A DNA stretch of 64,000 nt from Lama glama (GCA_028534125.1 CM052832.1:13642001-13706000), one strand, 5' to 3'. Numbered from the stretch's first letter, positions 27,081-38,500 are shown. The notes: generated from the letters alone by a model not told the origin. Made by a program: numbers and translations.

Positions 27081-28109
27081 AAGCAGAACCTCCAACTTGT
27101 ATCTTAAAACACTCAAGTGAAGATGTTGACTTGTCTGAAATTTAAAGGAAAGATCCAAGGTAGATATATACATTTGGTACTTTTTGACATAGATGGGTAT
27201 TTAAAGACATGAGAATAGATGAGACCATTAAGAAGCAAGCATAAGTAGAAAACGGAATGAAGAATAGAAAGATAGTTTTTAAAATTAATTTAATCTTCAT
27301 GAAATTAGCAGTAATAACAGATGCTTTTTACTGAAACCAATGAGGAAGACTTTCTATGCATCTCATTGAATTCGTCCAGCAGTATCACCAGACAAGAAGC
27401 TGAGGCTCAGGGGAAAGTGGTTTGCCTGCAGTCACATAGGAGGTGGGTGAGAAGAAGAGAGGCTAGTGAAGGAGACTACTGAGAAGGAGCAGACTGTATA
27501 GTAGGAGGAAAACCTTGGGTGGACTTTTTAAACTCTCAATGTCCCAGTTTCCACATCTGTAAAATGGGAATAACAATTACCTTGCCATTAGTGTGAAGAT
27601 TAGAAATAATATATGTAAAGTACCCAAAACAGTACACTAGGAAGTGTGCAGGAAGAGGAGAGCTATAATCCCTATGAATGTTATTTGTTGTATTTAGCTT
27701 TATTATTTCATGCAAATAGAATGAAGGTCCTTCAAATTCCTTGCCAGGGGTAGGTGAACATAGGGATGGAAAGGACTGAGAGGATCAATAAGGAAAAAGA
27801 CCAGACAGGGAAGGGCCTTCGGGATGCTTATCGAAAGTGGACTCTGCATATTAACCAGCATCCAAATGGGAGAAGTGAAGTGTTTCTCACTACCCCTAGG
27901 ACCCCGTATGTTTGCAAGATTGATGAGTGGATTCTTTCTGACTGTGGGCACTATCTCCAGGTCCTTTCAGGGATATGGGCTCAATCCACACAAGAGGAAG
28001 AAAATCTACAAATTAAATCAAAGGCGAACCTTTTATCATTTATTGTTTTTATTTTATTAACATTATTTATTAAATTATAACTCAAAGTATAAAATAAATA
28101 TCCATTAGT

Positions 28110-28815
28110 TATGCTGATATAAATTGCTGCAGAAATCTCTTATACGAAGAACTCTAAATAATTTTTGCAGACACACCCTTCTCAAGAGGTACAGTGTAAC
28201 TGCCCTCCCTTCAGTGAGAGCTGTGCTTAGTGACTTGGTTCCAAAGAGAATAGTATGAAAAGGGGAAAAAAGTAACTTTATAGTGGAGATAGCTGGCAAA
28301 CACAAGCTCACCTAGGTAATCAAGGTTACCGTTGACAGTTATAAATCATTTTGATAGTTATGCTCTTGATATAATGTGGTCGGAATGGCATTTTACCCCT
28401 GTGGTCTTCATCCCCAAAACACATTATCCCACTCTAATCATGAGGAAACATCAGGCGAACCCCAGGTGAGAGACATTTTACAAAATACCTGACCAGTACT
28501 CTTCAAAATTGTTGAAGTTACTGAAAACAAGGAAAGTCTGAGAAACTGTCCCAGACAAGAGGAGCCTATGAAGACATGTGGCATCCTGGATGGGATCCTG
28601 AAATAGCAAAGAATAGATAAAAACTAAGGAAATCTGAAAGTATGAATTTTAGTTAAAAATATATCAACATTGATTTATTAGTTATGACAAATGTACCATA
28701 CTATTGTAAGATATTAATAATAAAGAAACTGGGTGTGGAGTACATGGAAATTTTCTGTACTCTCTTTGCAGCTTTTCTGTAAATCTAAAATGATTCTAAA
28801 ATAAAAAGTTTATTT
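28110..28815 (+). mobile_element. L1MC-type 3' UTR fragment
   Basis: cttagtgacttggttccaaagag...gacaaatgtaccatac...tttctgtaaatctaaaatgattctaaaataaaaagtt. Confidence 0.75.
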
Positions 28816-29146
28816 TATATATTTAAATAAATACATTTTAAGGTACAGCTTGATACTGGACAGAGAGAAGGATTTTTGGAATCATTTTATTCCTGATTCT
28901 GAAGGAGGTGGCTGAAATCGTGGTTTCACTGTGAAAAAAGGACGAGAAACAGGAGAGACAGGTGTGGACAAAGCCAAGCATACTCCTGGATAGGCAGAGA
29001 AGGGTGCCAATTAGTTGGAACAATGAAAAGGTCTCAGAGAGAGGCAGAGAGACCTGTATCTCATCTTACGTGTTTTTAAAAACTCATGCCTAAGCTGAAC
29101 ATACTAGAAGTAGTTGAACAGTGGGTAACTCTGGCTTTAAAAAGGA

Positions 29147-29240
29147 ATGAAAAGAAGGAAGAAAGGAAGGAAGGAGGGGAGGAAGGGAGGGAGGGAGAAT
29201 AGGAGGGAGGAAGGAAGAAAGAGAAATAGGGAGAGAGAAT
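29147..29240. repeat. (GGAA/GGGA)n purine-rich simple repeat
   Basis: aagaaggaagaaaggaaggaaggaggggaggaagggagggagggag. Confidence 0.85.
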
Positions 29241-29879
29241 TTCCATTTTACAAAATTCCTTACTTAAAACAACTTTCTGGAATGTTAGCAGTATTTCACA
29301 ATGCAGTCATCTCATTTTGGCAGCTTGATTGATTTCCTGATTTCCAGGAAAACTGAGCCATCATCTGGTTCCTACTTGGCTGTTTACCAACATGAATATG
29401 CAGTTCTCACAAAATGTGAAATGGCTGCTGAAAAAGTGAAATTTAATTCTTTCTGACATATTGCTCCAAGCCCTCCACTGGCTCAAAGATGAAGAACCCA
29501 ATGGAGAAACTTTGCTCCTCTCCCCATAAAAAAGAGAGTGAAGGTTCATTTCTTTGGGAGTTTTCACATGAACTGAAGGTTCTGAGCCAGTCTGTTGGGT
29601 AGTAGCAGATGGGAACAAGCACAGTGCCCCTCCGGGGTTTTGTGTGATTCCTCCACAACTCAGCCACAAGCTTGAGAGCAGCCACCATGGTGTGTACTTC
29701 CCGGTACTCCCAAGAGGATTGTCGTTGTCAATATGTGTTTTGGGGTACCTCCTGGTACAACAGCTAGCATTTACTGTGCACTTTGTGTGCATTACCTCTC
29801 ACCAGGCTCTTCTATTCGTCTGTTTTAGAGAAAGAAAATGAGGCTTAGAGGAGTAAATACCCTGACTCCAAACACACGG

Positions 29880-30225
29880 TGTGATGGTTAATTTTATGTG
29901 TCATCTTGGGTGGGACTGTGTGCCCAGTTGTATCATTAGCCATGAGTCTAGGTGATGCTGGAAAGAAATTTTGTAGATATGATTAACATTTGCAATCAGT
30001 TGACTTTATATAAAGCAGATTACCCTCTGTAAAGTAGTTCTCATTCAGTCAGTTGAAGGCCTTAAGAGCAAAAACTGAGGTTTCTTAGGAAAGAAGGAAT
30101 CTGCCTCAAGAATGTAGTATGTATAGAAATTGTGCCTGAACTTCCAACTTGCTCACCTGCCCAACAGATTTCAGACTTTCCAACCACTCCCCACCCAGTC
30201 ACACGAGCCAGTTCCTTAAACCTAT
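29880..30225 (+). mobile_element. MLT2 (ERVL) LTR
   Basis: tgtgatggttaattttatgtgtca...aaagcagattaccctc...tcagttgaaggccttaagagcaaaaactgaggtttc. Confidence 0.8.
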
Positions 30226-32313
30226 CCTCCTCCTCTCTCAACCCCATGTCTTTTTGCATGCAAAGCCCACATTCTCAACTCCACACTCTGCTGCTTCCCA
30301 GACCCTGCATGAGAAGTTGCAGATACTGGAGTTGAAATATAAACTGTAATGTAAGTGACTGGGACTAGATCCCTTGAGGACTTATCAAGAGATTTAACAT
30401 GAAGGAGACCAGGTGAGTGGAGAAAACTGCTGTTGAGGAAGAGGAAGTGAAGATGTCAGGAAGATTGGGTAATCAAGGAGAGAAAAGGATGTGGTAGAGA
30501 AAATAATTTAAAATAACAGTTAATGCTTGGTGAGCACTTCCCATGTGCCAGGCACTGTTCTCAGTTCTTTCCTTATATTAATTTCTTTATTATTACTATC
30601 CTCATTTTATAGACAAGGAAACTGAGACCCAAGGTCACATGGCTGGTGAGTGGCAAAGCAGCAGGCAGTGTGCCTGCAGAGCCCAACACTTAACTACCTT
30701 AGTATACCACACAGGGAAAGAACAGGGTGAGGCAGAGGTGCCAGTCCACTGATGGAGAATAAAAAGGAGGGGCTGGACTAAACCAGAGTTTTTAAAACCA
30801 AGGCTCCTCCTGCTTGGCTGGAGGAGATTCAGCAAGGGTCTTTACTAGGGTTCCTCCTTGGAATTACATAAAAGTTCTGGGATCTTATGGACCACACAAT
30901 ATGAAGAAATCCCCCTCCCTGATCATCAATCTATACCTAAAACCACTGAGATGCTGCATCAGTTAAGAATGTGAGGGCCATCCTTGGGGGAAACCCTGAA
31001 TAATAGTGGCTTAAGCTGTAAAAGTATTTAGTTATTTCACATAACAAGGAGTCTGGAGGCAGGTGGTCCCCAGAGTGGTTTCACAGCTTCCTGATGTCTC
31101 CAAGGAGTCAGGATCTTTCCATCCTTACACTCTATCATCCTCCGTGTGTGGACTTTTTATCTTTAGGTTTGTTTCCTCATGGTCACCAAATGGCTGCCAC
31201 AGCTACAGTGCTCACAAAACCATCTTCAGGGCAGATATCAGGTACGGACCGCTTGGATCTCCTTCCAGACTTCCCCCAAGTCCTCTTGGTCATACTGAGT
31301 CCTAAACCAATCACTGGCTTGAGCTCACTTGGTTTAGAACAGTCATGGGTCTCCACCTTGAGTTACAAGAGAGACCTACCTTCCTAGGCAAGGTGTGGCC
31401 TGAACAAATTTGGGTTATTTAAGGAAGAAGGGAGAATGGCTGATGAGTAGGAACCAACTGTGTCTGTCACAGAAGACCACTGTCCCAGTGCACAGGGCTC
31501 TTTCAGGTACATGGTTCTGCTGCCCCAGAACACACTTAGGATACAGAATTTCAGCCAAGACCAGGAGCCCTGTGCTTAGGGTCCAGTTTTCTTGAGTGTA
31601 CCCAGCAGCCTTTTCTTGAATTTTTCCAGAGTGTTGACAGGCAGCTGGACACGGTCCCAACAGAATGTGGGCACTAATGTTCCTCTGCTTTCTTCTGGTC
31701 AGGAGAAACCACCTAGCTTCTCAAATGCACTTCCCCCTCTCCTAACTTTTTTCTCTCCTAGTGTCCTGGCAAAATATTCTCAAGAGACATTTGGGAAAAC
31801 TGAGAGAAACAAATGTCTTTCTGGAAGTTTCTTCTCTTGGCCAGTTAACACAAACCTGTCACAAAGGCCCAGCTACCTTTGTGCCTGTGGTGGTTGAGGG
31901 GACGGGGCAGTAATGTTGGGAGAAAAGCACACATTGATCTCAGTGTGTGATCATGCCACTGTTGCAGTGGGAAGAACAGTGTGGTGGTAAATAGGAGGCT
32001 TGGACCCCAGTCTCTACTCTGGGCCCAAATGTCTTCATTGGTTAAATGGTTTAGAGGTAACACTGTGGAGTAGGGAAGGGAGGATTCCACCTAGTTGAAA
32101 ACTAGACATAGAAGCCTCAGCAAATTCCCTAGCAAATGCCCCAGTTTGACCTATTCCTACCTGGATAGCGAGGTTGGGAAACACAGGGGAATGGTGGGTA
32201 ATATATGTTGTAGGTGTCCAGGTACAGATCTGAGCATTTCCAACCTGTCTCTATCATCATACAAGGTGGGGGATGTGGGCACAGTTTATGGTGCAGAGAG
32301 GGTTGGTTAAGAG

Positions 32314-32563
32314 ATAGCAGCACTATTTACAATAGCCAAGACATGGAAACAGCCTAGATGTCCATCAACAGATGACTGGATAAAGAAGATGTGGTATATT
32401 TATACAATGGGATACTATTCAGCCATAAAAACCAACAACATAACGCCATTTGCAGCAACATGGATGTTCCTGGAGAATGTCATTCTAAGTGAAGTAAGCC
32501 AGAAAGAGAAAGAAAAATATCATATGAGATCGCTCATATGTGGAATCTAAAAAAATAAAAAAA

Positions 32564-32594
<31 letters not shown>

Positions 32595-32885
32595 ATACAA
32601 AACAGAAACAGACTCATAGGCATAGAATACAAACTTGTGGTTGCCAAGGGGGTTGGGGGTGGGAAGGGACAGACTGGGATTTCAAAATGTAGAATAGATA
32701 AACAAGATTATATTGTATAGCACAGGGAAATACATACAAGATCTTATGGTAACTCACAGTGAAAAAAATGTGACAATATATATATATTCATGTATAACTG
32801 AAAAATTGTGCTCTACACTGGAATTTGACACAACATTGTAAAATGACTATAACTCAATAAAAAAATGTAAAAAAAAAAAAAAAAG
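32314..32885 (+). mobile_element. Relatively young 5'-truncated L1 3' end with internal (TAAA)n and poly(A) tail
   Basis: atagcagcactatttacaatagccaagacatgg...; (TAAA)n at about 32562-32596; long A tail at about 32869-32884. Confidence 0.88.
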
Positions 32886-34074
32886 AAGAAGTAGCAGAGG
32901 ATCCCTAAGGTCACATTTTAGTATCTGAGACAAGGGTTTTTAACTGGGGTCCATAAACCATAGACTGTACACTGGAATGTCTAAGTTCAAGGTCCATGAA
33001 CTTGAACTGGAAAATATTACAACTTTACTTCCACTCGCCTCCATTTCCTCAGTTATGAATAAAGGCAGCAAACTACAGTTGCATTCACAGGGCCAGTAGA
33101 AAGCAGGGCTTTTCATTTCCCTTCACAGTTGATGCAGATATCTTGAAACATTGTTTATGCTCATTTCTACTTAAAGTTCACAGTAGTTTATTAGGCTCGC
33201 CCCTTGATCTTGTTAATGTGTTAGTAAAGAAACCCATGTATTGCAACATCACACACTTAAATATTTTCACAACTGTATTTCAACATAACTAGCTTCCTTT
33301 GTGATCCTGTGTTGGTTTTTTGTTTTTGTTTTTAATGCATAAGAAAATATTTTAAGAGATCCATGGCACCAAAAATTTCAGGAGCCCATAGCCCAGGGGG
33401 GCCTTGTTGACACTCTGGCCCAGTGTGAGGGCAGCTGCCCAGCTGAGCACAGGGCCCCACAGGAGGAACCAGGTGAGAATCCTACCAGGCACCACTCTTA
33501 CCTTAAATCACAGGGTGGTTTAGGGATAATGAGGACAGAAGACTGAGCTCACTGTAGAATAAAGGGAGGGGAGCACCCAGCATTGTTTCTTAGAGAATTG
33601 TTTCAGCTGAATTTAAGGACAGAAAAGCCAAGTGTGGGGAGAAGAGTCACAGAGGGATTCCTCCCTCCCCAGCTCTGTCTGTAGCACGGCTCAGGGACAC
33701 CCACACTGTCCTGGAGAGCAAAAGCTATTTCAATGCTCCAGGTGAAAGTTGAGCCAAGCCCTCTTTTAACGGAGCCTCTAGCCTCTCAGGCTCTGATAGC
33801 CATGCCTCTCTTTTGTGGGCATTTCCTCCATCTCTACCCTCCTGTGTGCTGCTCCTCACTGGGAGCAGCGCTGCCCCCATTTCATACCAGTCTAGCCCTG
33901 CCCCAGGTGAGCTCAGAGAGACCAGCTAGAAGTGTGGGAAGGCAATCCTTGAATCCAAGTTTGGGTTGAGAGCCTTCGGCACAGAGGCTGCTCTGGTTCC
34001 AATCCTGACTTCACCACTTTGTAACTGTTGGTGTCTGCCATGTCTCTGTGGGGCCTCAAGCTTTTTCTTTTTCT

Positions 34075-34395
34075 TCTTTTTTTAAATAGGCATTATTTTT
34101 TAGAGCAGGTGTATAGAAAAGTTGTGCCAAAAGTACAGAAGTTTCCATATACTCTCTCCCTCCCTACCTCCACCTCATGGTTCCCCTAATATTAAATATT
34201 AACACCTTGCATTAATATGGCACATTTGTTAAAATCGATGAACCAATATTGGCACATTATTATTAAAGAAAGTCCATGGTTTACTTGAGGGTTCACTCTT
34301 TGTGTTGTAAGTTCCACTAGTTTTGACAAATGCATAATGTCATGTATCCACCACTACATCATTCAGAATAGTTTCACTGGCCTAAAAATGCTCTG
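34075..34395 (-). mobile_element. L1MC-type 3' end inserted into a MIR
   Basis: gaaccaatattggcacattattattaa...gggttcactctttgtgttgta...ttttgacaaatg; MIR halves on either side. Confidence 0.7.
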
Positions 34396-35075
34396 ACAGC
34401 CTCAGTTTTAACGTCTCTAAAATGACAGTGTGAAGCTCACCTGAAGCCCCTCAGTCTCCCATTGTAGGTTTCTAATTTAGGCCTCTTGACAAATTAAGTG
34501 GTACTCAAGTCCACTAAATGTTTTTCTAAATGTGGTCTGATATTAGAGTCACTGGGCTTGTGTTGAGGTGAGGAGGGAGGTCCTCATTCAAACATTCTAG
34601 GGTCTCAACCCCAGACCTGCTAAATCAGAATCTCAGGGGTGGGGCCAGGAATCTGCATTTTAACCAGAGCCTGGTGCACAGGGAAGATTGAGACCCACCA
34701 TGTGCTCAGGGCAGGGACAACCAGGCCAGGCTCCTGACTGCTTGTGCACAAGAATTTGTTCTACCAAAGTTTTCAAACCTAAACCAAAGGATCCAATCCA
34801 TTGTCAGGTTAAACCTCAGGAGAGATGTACAATTCCCAAAAGGAGAAGGAGAAGAACCGTTTTCCTGGAAAAAGCCTATTTCTGCCTTCTGCAGCTCCCA
34901 GTTAACAAGCCTGCTGTTGTTTCATATCTTGATTGCTGATCACTCACCCAAAATAACCTGCATGCAGCGTCTCACCAGCTGCAGCTCTCTCTGCAACTCC
35001 CTTAATTTAGCAGTCAAACCCATTTGGCTCCACAACAAAGAGGCCCTGGGAAAAGGCCCCTCCCTCATGGCCATC

Positions 35076-36370
35076 TGTAGTGGGTTGAATAGTGTGCCCT
35101 TAACATATACGTCCACCCAGAACCCCAGAATGTGACTTTACCTGAAAATAAGGTACTTGCAGATGTAATTAGTAAGAACTGAGATTATACTGGATTAGGG
35201 TGGACCTAAATTCAGTGACTAATGTTCTTATAAGACAGAGATACACACAGAAAAGGCTGGCCATGTGAAGACAGAGACAAAGGTTGGGGTGAAGGAACCA
35301 TAAACCAAAAAACACCAAAGATTGCAGGAGCCACCAGAAGCTAAAAAGAGGTCAGGTGGCAGAAGACCTAAACAGACATTTCGCCAGTGAAGACATACAG
35401 ATGGCCAATAGGCACATGAAAAGATGCTCAATATCATTAATTATCAGAGAAATGCAAATCAAAAATACAATGAGGTATCACCTCAAACCGGTCAGAATGG
35501 CCATCATTTAAAAATCCACAAATGATAAATACAGGAGAGGGTGTGAAGAAAAGGGAACCATCCTACACTGTTGGTGGGAATGCAATTTGGTACAGCCACT
35601 ATGGAAAACAGTATGAAGATTCCTTTAAAAACTAAAAATAGACTTTCCATATGGTCCAGCAATTCCACTCCTGGGTATGTATCTGGAGGAAACTCTTAAT
35701 TTGAAAAGATACATGCACCCCAGTGTTCATAGCAGCACTATGTACAATAGCTAAGACATGGAAGCAACTTAAATGTCCATCTACAGATGGCTGGATAAAG
35801 AAGTTGTGGTATATTTATACAATGGAATACTACTCAGTCATAAAAAAGAATGAAATAATGCCATTTGCAGGAACATGGATGAACCTAGAGATTATTATAC
35901 TAAGTGAAGTCAGACAGAGAAAGACAAATACCATATATCACTTATATGTGGAATCTAAAAACATGACACAAATGAACTCATTTAGAAAATAGAATAGGGT
36001 AGGGGAGAGATAAATTAGGAGTTTGGGATTAGCACAAACTACTATAGACAAAACAGATAAACAACTAGGTCCTACCGTATAGCACAGTGAACTATATTCA
36101 ATAGCTTATAATAACCTGTAGTAGAAACCTATAAAGCTGAATCACTGTGCTGTACACCAGAAACTAGCACTACATTGTAAATCAACTATGCTTCAATTAA
36201 AAAAAGAGAGACCAGGAGGGATTCTTCCCTAGAATCTTAAGAGGGAACATGGCCCTGCCAACACCTTTATTTCAGACTTCCAGCATCCAGAACGGTAGGA
36301 ATAAATTTCTGTTATTTTAAGCCACCCAGTTTGTGGTGATTTGTTACAGCAGCCCTAGCAAACGAATACA
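35076..36370 (+). mobile_element. MLT1 solo LTR (5-bp TSD CCATC) interrupted by an L1 3' fragment at about 35357-36205
   Basis: TG...CA termini with ccatc at 35071-35075 and 36371-36375; the inner segment encodes the L1 ORF2 C-terminus (MFIAALCTIAKTWKQLKCPSTDGWIKKLWYIYTMEYYS). Confidence 0.88.
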
Positions 36371-36473
36371 CCATCATTGCCAGAGATCCCTGTCCCGGTT
36401 CCGCCCACTCCTCAGCCCCACTACCGCCATGAAGGAAAGGACCCCACACACGTGCTTTTCTCCAGATGGGTGC

Positions 36474-36479
36474 TTTAAT
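36474..36479 (-). terminator. Candidate MAPK13 polyadenylation signal ATTAAA
   Basis: Plus-strand tttaat about 210 nt downstream of the stop codon. Confidence 0.5.
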
Positions 36480-36687
36480 GTGGCCGGTTATGATTAGAGC
36501 TATTTTCTTCCAATCAACAACTCTGAATTCTGCCTGTTTCCTGCACAAGGACAAGGGCCTTCTGTCCTCTGCTTGGAAGGCTATAATCCAAAACGGGTTG
36601 AAACTTTAGTAGCAACAAATAAATACTGGTCCCAGAGGCAGTGCCTGGCAGGTAGTGCCATGTGGTCATTCCTGGGCTCAGTGAGGG

Positions 36688-36770
36688 TCACTGTAGCTTC
36701 ATGCCACTCCGGCGCCGAGAGTCCTTCCGGGCGATGGGGCTGAAGTTCACAACCTCCTTGTAGATGTGCT
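36688..36770 (-). CDS. MAPK13: p38-delta exon 12 (terminal coding exon)
   Basis: [27 protein letters not shown] then TGA at 36690-36688; TCTTAG| acceptor. Confidence 0.95.
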
Positions 36771-37035
36771 CTAAGAAAGGCAGGGTGGCTCAAGGTGGGT
36801 AGGGACTGGTGAGGGCAAGACAGAGACCTCCCACCTCAAACATAGTGTGGAACAGGAAGTCAGCTCAGCTCAGGAAGAAAAAAGTACACACAAGAGACAG
36901 TATCGGCTCAGAGAAGGAGGCTATAGTTTCCAGGAGAGCAGTAGGGCCGGCTGAGGCCAGGCAGGAAAACGAAGGAGGCAGAGGAGAGGGAGGCTGCAGG
37001 CAGAGAGGAAGGAGCCTGAGACCCCCAGCTCTTAC

Positions 37036-37212
37036 GCTTCCATTCATCAACTGTGAGTTTCTCATGTTCTAAGGAATCATCAAGTGGCTGCTGAGCCTCT
37101 GTCTCCTCCTCAGGGTCCCGGAAGGGTTCAAAGAAGGGGTGGGTGAGGGCCTGCGAGGCCGTCAGGCGCTTGTCCACATCCAGCTCCAGCATCTTCTCCA
37201 GCAGATCTACAG
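37036..37212 (-). CDS. MAPK13: p38-delta exon 11
   Basis: [65 protein letters not shown]| acceptor, |GTAAGA donor. Confidence 0.96.
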
Positions 37213-37292
37213 CTGCAGTAACAGCGTGTAAGCCTCACATTGGAAATGGGAGAGCCTACCCACTGAGACAGACTGCAGGCCCCAAGACTCAC

Positions 37293-37371
37293 CCTGGGGA
37301 CTGGCACGTGGGAAGAGCTGAGAGAAATCCTTCTTGGGGCTCTGTGGCAGGGACTGGATATAGGATTTGGC
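37293..37371 (-). CDS. MAPK13: p38-delta exon 10
   Basis: [32 protein letters not shown]| acceptor, |GTGAGT donor. Confidence 0.95.
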
Positions 37372-37619
37372 CTGGAATACGGAAAAGCATTGAATAATCC
37401 CCAGTTGTCAGCCCCTCAGGCCATGGGGTATAAAGCAGTGATTCCCCCAGAGTGGGGCAGAAGGCTCAGGTCAGAATCCAAAGTGAGATGAAGGCAAGAG
37501 CCCTTGCCAGGGCAGAGGGGAGGTGCAGGTGGACCCACCGCCCCAAAGGTCTACAGCCCACCTGACCCTGATCAGCCAGGTGCACAGCCCCCGCCAGCCT
37601 GGGCCCAACTGCCACTCAC

Positions 37620-37699
37620 TGCTTTGTCATTCAGCTTCTGCACAAACTCAGCACCCGGCACCCCGGTCACTTTTAGGATCTGGGTCAGCTGGTCCAGGT
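37620..37699 (-). CDS. MAPK13: p38-delta exon 9
   Basis: [32 protein letters not shown]| acceptor, |GTGAGT donor. Confidence 0.95.
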
Positions 37700-38272
37700 C
37701 TTGGCATCAGGTTAAGGCTCAGCCTTACTCCTTGGGGGCAGGTCTGAAGATGCCCTTCCTGCTGCCCCTCAATCAGGCCCACCCAGCACCATGGACCATC
37801 CAGGCTGCAGACACTCACCTCCCCCTTCTTTCAGGAGGGAGGTTCATCCTTCAGGACTCAGATCTCTGGAAGGCTTCCCACCTGCCAAGCTGGGTTAAGG
37901 GTCCCTCCCCACAAATGCTCCTGGACGTGCTGCCTTCCCAGCCTCATCTCACTCAGTCACCTCCATCCATTTCTTCGCATCTTGCCCCTCACACTCTGAG
38001 TTTGGCAGGGCAGACCCCACATCTTCTCAATCCCTGTGCAGCACACACAGGTGCTCAATTCCTATATGTGGTGCTAAAACTTCAAGTATTTTCTACATAA
38101 TGGTGGAATGACAGGTGACTAGTTTTCATGATTTTGCTTCTCTGCATTTTAAAATTGTTCCACAGAGAGCAAGTATCACTTTCACATTAAGGGAAAAAGA
38201 GATTTAAATAATAAAGTGTCTGTTGAAGGAATGAATCCCTGGATGGAGTATGGCTTTTGTAGCAAAGGATAC
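37700..38272 (-). other. MAPK13: U12-type (minor spliceosome) GT-AG intron 8 of MAPK13
   Basis: 5' splice site GTATCCTTT, branch site GCCTTAAC ending 11 nt before the exon, no polypyrimidine tract. Confidence 0.93.
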
Positions 38273-38344
38273 AATCTTTCCCCTTGAACAGAGTTTTCCC
38301 TGTCAGCATCTCTGCCATGATACAGCCCACAGACCAGATGTCCA
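38273..38344 (-). CDS. MAPK13: p38-delta exon 8
   Basis: [30 protein letters not shown]| acceptor; U12-type donor |GTATCCTTT. Confidence 0.96.
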
Positions 38345-38500
38345 CTGCAGAGGGAGGGGGAGGAAGTGTCATCTGGACCAGCTGACCAGGACCCAGCAGT
38401 CAGTCAACCCAGAATCACCAACACGGCCTTGTGGAAGCTGTCAAAGAAGACCCCCCTCCCCCCAGCCTCGTGCCCCTCCCCCGGGCAGCTGACCACTGAC

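Noticed and set aside
35723..35992. 89-aa ORF MFIAALCTIAKTWKQ...
   Set aside because: L1 ORF2 C-terminal remnant, not a host gene
37504..38100. 198-aa plus-strand ORF
   Set aside because: Antisense to MAPK13 exon 9 and flanking introns, non-ATG start, Pro/Ser/Leu-rich, no coding signature
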